Of a stretch of 64,000 nt of DNA, positions 39,084 through 49,044 are shown piece after piece (positions within the stretch are counted from its first letter, which is position 1; each line of letters opens with the position of its first letter). Position numbers and translations under genes: made by a program. Source of the DNA: Bacteriovoracaceae bacterium (GTDB taxonomy: Bacteria; Bdellovibrionota; Bacteriovoracia; Bacteriovoracales; Bacteriovoracaceae); contig JABIHA010000086.1 of assembly GCA_018649885.1 (NCBI GenBank), forward strand, positions 1 to 64,000. Reading direction: 5' to 3'. The notes beneath the pieces are model-generated. The model had not been told where the DNA came from. It saw only the letters and a list, made by a program, of their open reading frames with translations, and did no database searches.

Positions 39084-39566
39084 ATGCTTCAAATTGATAT
39101 TAGTTATTTTAAAAAACATTTAGAGGACGCCATTAAGATCCAAAGCTCTGAACAGGGGCAGAAGAACTTAAAGAGAAAAAAGGTCTTAACCCTAGCTAAA
39201 GGAGACACCGTAGATCTTACGGATGAAGAACGGGAAAATATTATCGATTTTAAAATGCAAGGTCGAAAATATGTTTACTTACAAAAATTAAAACTAGCAC
39301 TACATAGAATAGAGGACGGAAGCTTTGGTTGTTGCAGTGATTGCGGTGAAGCCATTTCCGCCATCAGGTTAAAAGCAAGACCAACGGCAGAGTTATGCAT
39401 TAGCTGTAAAGAAGTTCAAGAAAAAGAAGAAAAGCAGCGTATAGGGTCTGCTAAATATGGCACTGGAAAGTTGATAACCGCTGAAAGATTCCATGGCCTT
39501 GATAAGTCTGGTGGTGCAGAGAAAAGTGCTGCCATAACAGCTGAGAATTTGATTAAAGGGGCATAA
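39084..39566 (+). CDS. dksA: DksA/TraR family C4 zinc-finger protein
   Basis: AL.RIE.GSFG.C..CGE.I…RL.ARPTA.LCI.CKE.QE; D..D coiled-coil tip (DLTD). Confidence 0.85.
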   Translation: MLQIDISYFKKHLEDAIKIQSSEQGQKNLKRKKVLTLAKGDTVDLTDEERENIIDFKMQGRKYVYLQKLKLALHRIEDGSFGCCSDCGEAISAIRLKARPTAELCISCKEVQEKEEKQRIGSAKYGTGKLITAERFHGLDKSGGAEKSAAITAENLIKGA

Positions 39567-39660
39567 ATATCGGAGGATACCTTACTCGGTGGGTGTTTTA
39601 GATTACTGCCTGCAAAGTCTAGTTAATGTAAAATAGTCACCAAGTAATGAGTCAGAAAAA

Positions 39661-39694
39661 GAAGGCCGCTCTAATTGAGGGGCCTTCGTTTTTT
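39661..39694 (+). terminator. Intrinsic terminator after the dksA-like gene
   Basis: GAAGGCC…GGCCTTC stem followed by GTTTTTT. Confidence 0.75.
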
Positions 39695-39886
39695 GATGAT
39701 TCGCCACAATTTTATCAAAAGTTAATATTCTTGCATATAATCCACTGAAATTACTTGAAATAGAGTATGTAAAATTAGCTCCATTTTATAACGCTTATTG
39801 TTATTCATCCTCTTGGCCGGTACATAAGAGTAGACGGTTTTATTGGGGAATTTAAGGGGTGAAAGTAAGGATATCGGTGAGTTGAA

Positions 39887-41965
39887 ATGGTCAAGACTCT
39901 ATCAATTTGGATCACAATATTTAGCATTAATTCTTCAGTTGTTTTAGCAGCTGGAAATATTCAGCACCGTAAATTTGATCGCATTTTAAAGAGAAAACAT
40001 ATTGGAAAAGAATTTTCCACTGAATCTTTTGATTCACTCATCACATTCTTGGACAAAGAACTATCCAGATTAAAACATAAGTTTGGAAGGGCGAAGGCCA
40101 GGAAAGATGACAAGGCCATGGACGATTTAAAACCCAAATTATCCCTTCTCAAATTTGCTATAAAAAAAATTGATGATGTAAAAGATCTTAAAGAAAGCGA
40201 TCCTTCGAAGGATAAATATTTTTATCTAGCAAAGAGAATCTACTACACTATAAGCTCTGAGCCCTATGAGCCAAAAAATTCTAATCTACAGATGCTTTGG
40301 GAGGCCTTACTTCAAATAAATACTCACTTGAAATATAAGAAAAAGAGTAAACTTGATGACGAATTAAATGAAAATGAAGTTGTAAAGGAATCCAAGTTTT
40401 TAGTTGATCCGCATTCCGGGATTACCTTTACAAATCCTTCTGAACTTGCGGGAATGAGTACCCAGCAGATTTCCAATTTGGATATCGAAGACGATCACCC
40501 TTTGTGGAATACTCACTCTTATATGAAAGAACACCCAAACCCTTGGGCCCGTATGGAAAAATGGGTGGAAGATAACTACACTGAGGTTTTATTAAAAAAT
40601 GAGAAAGAGCTAAAAGACACAAAATTTAGATACAACTTAAAAGATGCTAGAAGAATCCTATTTTTCACAAAAATTAAAGATTCGGATAGTAATGCCAAGG
40701 CCAATGCAAAGGATCGATTTGGAATTAAGTGGAAAGTTAAATGGGGCGGGGAAACTCATAGTGAACCAGTCGCAAATCGCTTGTACCTAAAGGCCGGTGG
40801 AAAAATTAATGATCTGGTTTATTCAAACGATCCAGGTGGAGAAAACTTTCTATTTATTTTAGAAGATCCAAATGAGTCGGGAAAAAAATGTGATGATATC
40901 AGTAGTGTTAAAGTATTTATAAAATGTATGAGAAAATCCGTCTATAAGATGGATGTTTCACCTTATATTAAAGAGTCTGGCGTCATAAAAAAATCTAATT
41001 ACCAAAGACTCTTTGGCGACAACTATCTGACAGTAAAGAAAAAATATTCGCTCAAAAAGCTGATGGGCCGAGAATATATTCTATTCAATGAAGTCAGTGT
41101 TGAATTCAAAGGTGAACAGAGGATGAAAAAAGGCGGGCCTACACCCTTTTCTTCCATGGGTGGACTCAAGGACCGCGCTATTAGATCCCTTTCATTATTT
41201 GATTTATGGATTCACAATATTGATGCAAGAGACCCCAATAATAGAGGGCTTTTGATTAAAAATTTCCAAGATGGTTTTAAAGGATATCAATACGTCGAAT
41301 CTCAACATGATCTTGGTTCCTCAATGGGGGCCATAACCAAACCAGTTGAATTGAATAAACTAAAAATCGGTCCGAAATTTGTAGAACTTCAAAAGTCTGG
41401 TCCAGCTGGACCACGTCTTCGGTTTGAGCAATTTACATTGTTCAGACCTAAAAGTTGGCTCAAGGCCACCCATGCAGATTTATGGTGGATGGCAAGACAC
41501 TTAAACCGCATCGATTATGCTTTTGTGAAGTCTGCCGTCAAGGCCACACATCTTCCCGATTTTGTCAGGGAGGTTTACGCCTACAGGCTCTATAGAAGAC
41601 TCCTAGATATTCTTGTCATATACGGACTTCGGGATAAATCAGAAATCGATGAGCTTCCTATTCCCAATGTCTCTATTGCTTTATCAACCCCGCAAGATCG
41701 CCTAAATGCGGCCATCAAATACAATATCCCACTATCTGAAATTGAAACTGTTATGTATCAAAGAAAAATTTTGAAAAAAGAGATCCCAGTGGCCTTGTTT
41801 GAAGATGTTGTGGTGAGAAAAGGTAAAATTTGGGAATGCGATGACTCAATCATTATAGGCCTTTTAGAAAAGCATGTTTACCCCACTGGAATTGATCGTA
41901 GAGTTTTTCGCTACTTCGATAATAGGCCACTAAAAGAGTGTAAGTTTGATGATTCGAATGATTAA
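39887..41965 (+). CDS. Hypothetical secreted protein, possible kinase-like fold
   Basis: 692-aa ORF; signal peptide; WKVKWG.E, N.D.R..NN, DLG motifs. Confidence 0.7.
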   Translation: MVKTLSIWITIFSINSSVVLAAGNIQHRKFDRILKRKHIGKEFSTESFDSLITFLDKELSRLKHKFGRAKARKDDKAMDDLKPKLSLLKFAIKKIDDVKDLKESDPSKDKYFYLAKRIYYTISSEPYEPKNSNLQMLWEALLQINTHLKYKKKSKLDDELNENEVVKESKFLVDPHSGITFTNPSELAGMSTQQISNLDIEDDHPLWNTHSYMKEHPNPWARMEKWVEDNYTEVLLKNEKELKDTKFRYNLKDARRILFFTKIKDSDSNAKANAKDRFGIKWKVKWGGETHSEPVANRLYLKAGGKINDLVYSNDPGGENFLFILEDPNESGKKCDDISSVKVFIKCMRKSVYKMDVSPYIKESGVIKKSNYQRLFGDNYLTVKKKYSLKKLMGREYILFNEVSVEFKGEQRMKKGGPTPFSSMGGLKDRAIRSLSLFDLWIHNIDARDPNNRGLLIKNFQDGFKGYQYVESQHDLGSSMGAITKPVELNKLKIGPKFVELQKSGPAGPRLRFEQFTLFRPKSWLKATHADLWWMARHLNRIDYAFVKSAVKATHLPDFVREVYAYRLYRRLLDILVIYGLRDKSEIDELPIPNVSIALSTPQDRLNAAIKYNIPLSEIETVMYQRKILKKEIPVALFEDVVVRKGKIWECDDSIIIGLLEKHVYPTGIDRRVFRYFDNRPLKECKFDDSND

Positions 41966-41971
41966 TACAAT

Positions 41972-42001
41972 ACTCGCGTGATTAAGCTTGATCACGCGAG
42001 T
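41972..42001. terminator. Hairpin between convergent genes (probable terminator)
   Basis: ACTCGCGTGAT…ATCACGCGAGT inverted repeat; no clear U-tract. Confidence 0.6.
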
Positions 42002-42012
42002 GAGTAATTAGA

Positions 42013-43962
42013 TTATTTTAGTGCTAAATCTGAAAGCTCTGAAATCAATTCTTGAGATCTTAGAACAAATTGATCTCTGTCTTGATCTTCAAGACCATCA
42101 CTTGATAGTGAAGCCAGATCTTGTACATGGTGACAAATTTTTGAAACCAGTGTGTCCTTATCACCAAGCTCAGAAATCTTAAGAGCATTTTTTATCAGAG
42201 AGCTATTAGGGTTGAGGACTAAGGTTTTTTTAAGACCAGCTTGAAAAGCATTATTTCCCATATTCTTTGTCATCTGCTGAAATCTTTTCATTTGCTCATC
42301 AACTTTAAAGTAAGCTGGAGAGACAGCATTTTTTAGGGCCTTGACATCTATTTCAAGTCCACCGGCCATGGGGTTTGCTGGTTCGTCAGTTTCTTCTTTT
42401 TTATTTGGAGTGAGAAATTTGGAAAAGAGCTCTTTAATCTTCATATCATCTGCAGTTGTTGCATCAGAGTGAAGAAGGTTTTCAGCTTGGCAGTCAACTG
42501 ATGAAAAGCTGTATTTATGGTCCCCTTTGTGTTGCATCTCTACGTGTTGCATATAATGGGGGTCAATATAGGCTTCAGTATCTAAAATGTAGACACCCTC
42601 GTCCTTACACTGTCTTTTAAGAGCTTGGTCTGATTTTCCTTTCTCAAAATAGACGACTTTGTTGACATCATTTTCTTTTAACTTTTCTGCAACTTCTTTA
42701 GGTAGGGTTTCAACATACTCAGGAAGAGTGACATAGGCATCATTACTATTTTTAAATAAAACGATCTCTCTTGTGAGCTCATCAAATTTAGGATCACTAA
42801 TTGAGCCGTATTTTACAAATAGACCGATATCTTCCCAAATTGTCTCATACTTAGTTCTATCTTTTTTGTAGAGTTTCTTTAAAGATTCCGCCACTTTTTT
42901 AATAATGTAGTTAGAGATTTTTTTGACGTTTGGGTCACCTTGAAGACTTGATCTCGAAACATTGAGAGGAATGTCAGTTGAATCTATAACCCCTTTGAGT
43001 AGAGTTAGAAATTCAGGGATAACATCTTTGACACTATCAGAGACAAAAACTTGTTTGCAGTAAAGTTTGATATTGCTTTCCTGAACAGGCTTTTGTGGGT
43101 CAAGCTTAGGAAAGTATAAAATTCCTTGAAGCTCAAATGGGTGGTCTACTTTGAGGTGTAACCAAAATAGAGGCTCGCTCTCCATTGGAAAAAGCTTGGT
43201 GTAAAATTCTTTATACTGCTCATCTGTAATTGTATTGGGGTCTTTTTTCCAAAGAGGTGTGGTGTCATTGATCTGCTCGTATTGAGGTGCAACGATATTA
43301 TCGTCATCGTCTTTAGTTTCAGCGTCGAGGTCAATGGCCTTAATTGGGTAGGACATAAAGTCACAGTGTCTTGTAAGTGTGCTCTTTGTAGTCCAGTAAT
43401 TTAAAAACTCTTCACTTTCTTTATTAATGTGAAGAGTGATTGTTGTGCCAATTTCAGTTTTTGTTGAATCATCAAATTCGTATTCAGTTTCACCTTCACA
43501 GCTCCACTTAACGCTTTTGGCACCTTCCATCATACTGAGGGTGTCGATTTCGACTTTGTCGGCCACCATGAAAGCTGAGTAAAAACCAAGCCCAAATTTT
43601 CCGATAATATCATCTCTAGAGGTCTCATCTTCTGCTCCCTCACTTTTTAGTTTTTCAATAAACTCTTCGGCTCCTGAAAATGCTAGAGAGGCAATATATT
43701 TTTCTACCTCTTCTTCACTCATTCCAACGCCATTATCGGTGATGACAATAGTGTTATTCTTCTTGGAGATATCTATTTTTATTTCACCGTCTGGAACTTC
43801 GCAGTTACTATTTCTTCCAAGGGTGGCCCTTTTTGTAATGGCATCACTTGCATTGGCCACGAGCTCTCTAATGAAAATATCGTGCTCCGAATAAAGCCAT
43901 TTTTTGATAATGGGGAAGATGTCGGATGATGTGACTGAAATTGATCCTGTACGCTTACTCAT
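42013..43962 (-). CDS. htpG: Chaperone HtpG (Hsp90)
   Basis: LYS…IF.RELV.NASDA, DNGVGM, IG.FGLGFYSAF, PLNVSRS.LQ. Confidence 0.97.
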   Translation of the reverse strand: MSKRTGSISVTSSDIFPIIKKWLYSEHDIFIRELVANASDAITKRATLGRNSNCEVPDGEIKIDISKKNNTIVITDNGVGMSEEEVEKYIASLAFSGAEEFIEKLKSEGAEDETSRDDIIGKFGLGFYSAFMVADKVEIDTLSMMEGAKSVKWSCEGETEYEFDDSTKTEIGTTITLHINKESEEFLNYWTTKSTLTRHCDFMSYPIKAIDLDAETKDDDDNIVAPQYEQINDTTPLWKKDPNTITDEQYKEFYTKLFPMESEPLFWLHLKVDHPFELQGILYFPKLDPQKPVQESNIKLYCKQVFVSDSVKDVIPEFLTLLKGVIDSTDIPLNVSRSSLQGDPNVKKISNYIIKKVAESLKKLYKKDRTKYETIWEDIGLFVKYGSISDPKFDELTREIVLFKNSNDAYVTLPEYVETLPKEVAEKLKENDVNKVVYFEKGKSDQALKRQCKDEGVYILDTEAYIDPHYMQHVEMQHKGDHKYSFSSVDCQAENLLHSDATTADDMKIKELFSKFLTPNKKEETDEPANPMAGGLEIDVKALKNAVSPAYFKVDEQMKRFQQMTKNMGNNAFQAGLKKTLVLNPNSSLIKNALKISELGDKDTLVSKICHHVQDLASLSSDGLEDQDRDQFVLRSQELISELSDLALK

Positions 43963-44075
43963 GGAAAGCTGCTCCTTATTAAATATTGATTGTCATATGT
44001 GTAAAAAAACTCCATAAAAATAGAAAATAAAATGAATAGAGACAAGGCATAGCATGGCGAAAATGGGACTTATTT

Positions 44076-44597
44076 ATGACCAGTAATGAAAAAACTGAAC
44101 TTCTGTTCTTGACTACCGGCGGTACAATCGAGAAAACCTACGATGAAGGCCAAGGAACCCTGGAAAACAGGGAATCCGCCATCAGAAAGTGGATTCTTAG
44201 CTCCTTGCGTCTACCATACACTCAGATTAAGGTCAGAAGCATTCTGAGCAAAGATTCTCTGCAAATGGATGATAAGGATCGCGACAAAATTTACAAGGCG
44301 ATTAAAAAATATAGCGCACATAAAATCCCCATTGTTGTACTCCATGGAACTGATACTCTTGAAAATACTCTTGAATATTGCATCCAAAAAATGGGGAAGG
44401 TTGAGGTTCCTGTTGTGTTTACTGGGGCCATGAGACCACTTGAATTTGTTGATTCCGATGCCAAACAAAATATTACCGAGGCGATGATGGTGGCCAAGAT
44501 AATCGACCCTGGGTTTTATCTCTCTTTTCACGGAAAACTATTTTGTGGAACTAGAGTCCGAAAAAACCGAGACCTCCTAACATTTGAAGAAAAGTAA
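44076..44597 (+). CDS. Short asparaginase-domain protein
   Basis: TTGGTI, HGTDT, V.TGAMRP motifs; only 173 aa (N-terminal domain only). Confidence 0.85.
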   Translation: MTSNEKTELLFLTTGGTIEKTYDEGQGTLENRESAIRKWILSSLRLPYTQIKVRSILSKDSLQMDDKDRDKIYKAIKKYSAHKIPIVVLHGTDTLENTLEYCIQKMGKVEVPVVFTGAMRPLEFVDSDAKQNITEAMMVAKIIDPGFYLSFHGKLFCGTRVRKNRDLLTFEEK

Positions 44598-45224
44598 ATA
44601 CTATTGACTCAAATTACTTTGTTTAACGTTTACCTGAGGCAAAGTGTGCGCTCGAGTGGAATGTTGTTTTGTTTTTTGGTTATGCCCGGGCCGGATGGGA
44701 TTGGGGAGGGGACTGACTTTTCTTTCGGCCCTTGTTCACGGCGTAGTCTTGAGGTTTGGATTGGTGTGGTGTGAACTGTAAGGGCTGCTATTTTTTGAAT
44801 TGTGGTTGTTGTTGTCTGGTAGGGAAAAAAGATGGAGTTCTATAGAGTTTTATAGTGGCAAGGTAGAGGAAGCGTGGGCCCCGCAAAGGGCCCCTTGAGC
44901 GCCTGAACTCATAAATCAATTTTATATAAATCAGAAAAAAATAAATAGAATCTTTATGCGAGGCAAAGTGTGCGTTCATGTTTAATTTAGTTTGAAGAAT
45001 GTAAAAAGATTTTTGGGGGGATAAAAATATTTGACTGAGTTGGGAGCAATGATGATTTTTTATAAATCTTAGGTTCGCTTTTGGCATGGTTAAAACTTTT
45101 TTTTGAAGGCAATTTTATAATTGTGATGAATGGGGCTTAGGTTGGAATTATGAAGGCTTACATTTGGAGGGGATTTTTTTTGAAATGGAAGTTGTGGTAG
45201 AAAGAGTTTTGTTTGGGAGATTGA

Positions 45225-45980
45225 ATGAGAATTTTTAGCGAGATAAAAGAGTTGGTTCGGGTTGAGAAAAGTTATACTCGGAAGATTTTGAAGAAGTTGA
45301 TGGTGATTGAAAAAGACAAGCTCTACTGTGATTTGAAGTATTCTTCTTTGTATAAATATATAGTGAAGGAGCTTGGGTATTCGGATGCAGAGGCAAGTAT
45401 TCGGGTTAATGCAACTCGGTTGATGCTTAAATCTGAAATGGCGCTTAAGAAAATTGAGTCTGGAGAGTTGACGCTGACTAATGCGGCTTGTGCTCAAAGG
45501 GTTTTGCAGGGGAGTCGTGATCAAAAATTTATTGAAGATGTTGTGGGTAAGGCTTCGGGGTGTTCTACGCGAAAGTTTAAGAAAATTGTGAGTGAGGAAT
45601 ATGAAATTGAAAGGCGGGAGACGTTGATTCTAAGTGAGTTTATGCTTTTGAAGTTTGATAGGCTTCGGAAGGTTTATGGGGATCTTTCTACCCATGAATT
45701 GATTCAGATAATGCTTGAAAAAGAGTTGTCGGCTCCTGGGAAGGTGCAACGTGTTCGCAAAATTGATGTAAAGAACTCTCGATATATTCCCAAAGGGGTT
45801 AAGAGGGAGGTTTATACGGGGGAGTGTGCTAATTGCGGAGTAAGGCATGGGCTTGAGTATGATCATAAGCTTAAGTTTTCTCATGGAGGGGATAATAGTA
45901 AGGAGAATATTCAGATTCTTTGTGGGGCCTGTAACAGGAGGAAAGAGATTGTGGCCAGGGGGATGAACTTATTTTGTTAA
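45225..45980 (+). CDS. HNH endonuclease with N-terminal helical domain
   Basis: C-terminal CANC…EYDH…HGG.N…N.Q.LC..CN; N-terminal Y.SL..Y…ELGYS..EA..R. Confidence 0.85.
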   Translation: MRIFSEIKELVRVEKSYTRKILKKLMVIEKDKLYCDLKYSSLYKYIVKELGYSDAEASIRVNATRLMLKSEMALKKIESGELTLTNAACAQRVLQGSRDQKFIEDVVGKASGCSTRKFKKIVSEEYEIERRETLILSEFMLLKFDRLRKVYGDLSTHELIQIMLEKELSAPGKVQRVRKIDVKNSRYIPKGVKREVYTGECANCGVRHGLEYDHKLKFSHGGDNSKENIQILCGACNRRKEIVARGMNLFC

Positions 45981-46295
45981 TATGAGGATTTGCCAAGAGG
46001 GTTATCACTATTTTACCTAATTGGTATAAACCAACTATATAGCTTCTTTCTGGTAGGTACTAGAAATGGTAATAGATCTTAAGCTTTACAATTTGCTACA
46101 ATAATAAACAAATCGCCTCGAATTGTAGGCTAGAAGCTTTCTTCTCTTGGAACACTAATCCCTTGAATTTACAATGACTCCATAAAAATTATTTACCAAA
46201 GCTTAGTGTAGTGGGGAAAACTCACTAAAATAGTAAACTAACGGATGCAAACACCCGAAAGAAAAAGGGTGTGAACCAAAAAAGAAAAGACCATT

Positions 46296-48233
46296 ATGAG
46301 AGCTAAAACTTTTCTGAAATTGTCTAAAAAATTGCTCCCGCTAATTACTTTGGCGATATTTTTTAGTGCCTGTATGCCTCAAGGTGGATCAAGCCGGAAA
46401 TCTAAAATAACTGATGCAGCTAGTGACGTCACTGGCGGTGGATCTGATGCTGATGGACAGGGTACTTCCAGAGAGGATGATGACACTGAGACAGTCACTC
46501 TGACGCAGAAAACTGAAATCAGACATATTGCAGATCCTGTAGATGGCGTCTTTAAAACCAAAGTATCAATTCCCAAAAACTTTTCGGGATTCTTATATAT
46601 TTCAGGGATCAATGTTACTGCCTTAAACGATAAGCGAGTAAAGGTTCGCTTTAAGTTTGGAAAAGATTACGAGGCCATAACACTAGATGCAACAGTGGCA
46701 AGGGCGATGAGTGGAGGGATTACTCCTCAAACAGATATTCAGGTTTTAGTACTGGATTTTGATGGAAAGCCTTTTAAAGATTTAAGGCTTTTATACGATC
46801 TTTACGATTACTCAACATACGCAGCTAGTGATTCACCAACTTCTGACAATAGAGACACTAACTTGTATTGTAGAGGAGTCAATTTAACTGATGACCCTAC
46901 CTTTGAAGCCACCTCAAGTTCTACTACTTGTTCAAGCTCGGGCGATAAGTGTCTTTATGCCTATGCCAAAGTTGTTGATAAAGGGTTAGTAGATGATAGC
47001 AGTGGTAGTGATATTTCTACTCTACCTTCAAGTCATCAAGTAGACCTGGACGGAAATGGATCAGGTGCAAGTTCGACCTATGATACTGATACCTCGGCAA
47101 ACAAGATAAAGAAATGTTTGCCTGATAATGCTATTGCCAGCTTTGCTAGCATTAGCTCAACCTTGACAACTTTTGCTGAAACCGCCACCGCTTCTCCATA
47201 TGATTACTCATTTAGTTCAGCTTCTGTAGCAATCAGTTACGGTGACTACGCTCTTACAAATAGTAGTGTTGACTACAAATTTAAAGGCTCATACCGGGCC
47301 TTAAATACTTCTAGCTGGCAAATTTCAAGTGACGCCGTTGTACACGACCCTGCCTTTGGGACTCAGCCCTATGGTATTTACCGGGCCGTTCAGACTGCTG
47401 CTGATTTCAATACAGGTTATGGATCTTATATGTTCCCACTTGCTGGAAAGCTTGAGCTAGAAACTGGCGTTCAGTATATTGGTGGAACAACTTGGTATAG
47501 CACTAAAAGTGTTCAGACTATGCTCTCCTCAGGAGAGTCTGAGTGGATGGACGGTTGTAACATTAGAATTAAAGAAACCAATCCAGAAACAAGTGAGCAT
47601 GTTGGCTCATGTAATGTTTCCGCTACTATCGAAGTTTACTATACAGACGATGACGGTGATGAAGTTATCGTCGACGAATCAATAGATGTAAAACTTCAAA
47701 TAGTAAGAGAAAGTGACACAAACTCTGTAGGAGAGGATGTCTTATTTTCAAACTACTCAACTTGCGAAGGCTCAAATGGCTGCTCAGCTGATGAGTGTTG
47801 TTTCAATAGTAGATGTTGGAGTAGAGACGTTGTTTATCAGTGTTTGAATGATACAGATGATGGTAGTAAGGGAGTGGGGGACAGTTGTTCTTCAGATTAT
47901 GAATGCTCAAGCTTATGCTGTAATAGATCCATGGGAAAATGTGCTGTTCACGATACCAGCTCGGATGACCCTACTTACTGCTCTAAAACAGCGGGAGACT
48001 CTTGTGTCGCCAAAGAGTGGTGTGCTGTTCAAAATGTTAATCAGTGCTACATAGTGAAAACTGGACTTGATAATCAAGGTCAGACAACCTGTGCCCTGAG
48101 ATGTTACAACGTGCCGACCCATGGAGACTGTCGAAATGGGACCTGTGTGCCTCCTACCCAACCTACGGCCCCAACATTTGACCCCAATAATCCAGATTGT
48201 AGCACTGCGATAGATGCACCTGTTTCCCTCTAG
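46296..48233 (+). CDS. Lipoprotein with Cys-rich C-terminal repeats
   Basis: FSAC lipobox; Ser/Thr/Asp-rich body; G..C…..C.S..C repeats. Confidence 0.8.
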   Translation: MRAKTFLKLSKKLLPLITLAIFFSACMPQGGSSRKSKITDAASDVTGGGSDADGQGTSREDDDTETVTLTQKTEIRHIADPVDGVFKTKVSIPKNFSGFLYISGINVTALNDKRVKVRFKFGKDYEAITLDATVARAMSGGITPQTDIQVLVLDFDGKPFKDLRLLYDLYDYSTYAASDSPTSDNRDTNLYCRGVNLTDDPTFEATSSSTTCSSSGDKCLYAYAKVVDKGLVDDSSGSDISTLPSSHQVDLDGNGSGASSTYDTDTSANKIKKCLPDNAIASFASISSTLTTFAETATASPYDYSFSSASVAISYGDYALTNSSVDYKFKGSYRALNTSSWQISSDAVVHDPAFGTQPYGIYRAVQTAADFNTGYGSYMFPLAGKLELETGVQYIGGTTWYSTKSVQTMLSSGESEWMDGCNIRIKETNPETSEHVGSCNVSATIEVYYTDDDGDEVIVDESIDVKLQIVRESDTNSVGEDVLFSNYSTCEGSNGCSADECCFNSRCWSRDVVYQCLNDTDDGSKGVGDSCSSDYECSSLCCNRSMGKCAVHDTSSDDPTYCSKTAGDSCVAKEWCAVQNVNQCYIVKTGLDNQGQTTCALRCYNVPTHGDCRNGTCVPPTQPTAPTFDPNNPDCSTAIDAPVSL

Positions 48234-48287
48234 TTTCTGCTGGGCCTTATACTGTCCAGATCATAAATCTTAGGACATACTACCTGG

Positions 48288-48605
48288 ATGAGAATTCTTT
48301 TCATTATTCAGCTATTTTTAGTGGTTGGTATCCAGAGTGGATATTGCCACAATAATAAGAGCTATTTTACTCGCTCTGAGTGGAAAGAGATTAAAAGAGT
48401 ATTTAATAGAAACCATTTTTACAATTTAAGGCAAAATGAAACGGCCAAGAAAACAAGAAGACTGCTGGCTGAGTTTAGAAAACTGGCCGTTAAAGATCAC
48501 CAAAGTATTGTAGGTAATAGAAAGTTTCTTCCTAAGCTCGGTAGAGTTGATGGCAGTGCTAGTGAAAATTTAACTTATATAGTGAATAAATATGGAAATA
48601 GGTAA
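48288..48605 (+). CDS. Hypothetical protein
   Basis: 105-aa ORF, signal-like N-terminus, overlaps next gene. Confidence 0.55.
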   Translation: MRILFIIQLFLVVGIQSGYCHNNKSYFTRSEWKEIKRVFNRNHFYNLRQNETAKKTRRLLAEFRKLAVKDHQSIVGNRKFLPKLGRVDGSASENLTYIVNKYGNR

Positions 48606-49044
48606 AATTATGGAAAAGGTCCCTGAGTTAGAAGATGCAGTTCTCGATCATATTGCAATTGCAGTTCAAAGTATTGAAACCTCTCTTTCAATCTATGAAG
48701 ATCTTGGGTTTAAGTTTCAGGAAAAAAGAGAAGTGGTAGAAGAGCAAGGTGTGAAAACTGCTTTTGCAAGAATTGATCAAACAGCTCATTTAGAGCTACT
48801 AGAGCCTACCCACGACAAGAGTCCCATCTATCAATTCATCGACAGAAAAGGACAGGGGATTCACCATATTTGTGTTCAGGTTCGAGATGTAAAAAAGAAA
48901 ACAGAAGAGTTAAAAAATAAAGGCTATAGAATGATTTATGATCATCCTATGACTGGAGCCGGTGGTCACATGGTGAATTTCATACATCCTAAGTCTACAG
49001 GCGGAGTTTTAATTGAGATTTCTCAAAAGGTAGCGGTAAATTAA
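48592..49044 (+). CDS. mce: Methylmalonyl-CoA epimerase (VOC family)
   Basis: DHIAIAV, EQGVKTAF, LELLEP, G.GIHHI, FIHPKSTGGVLIE. Confidence 0.9.
   Translation: MEIGKIMEKVPELEDAVLDHIAIAVQSIETSLSIYEDLGFKFQEKREVVEEQGVKTAFARIDQTAHLELLEPTHDKSPIYQFIDRKGQGIHHICVQVRDVKKKTEELKNKGYRMIYDHPMTGAGGHMVNFIHPKSTGGVLIEISQKVAVN

Noticed and set aside
45225..45980. IscB/Cas9-like RNA-guided nuclease
   Set aside because: Only 251 aa, HNH at the extreme C-terminus, and no PLMP or RuvC motifs seen.
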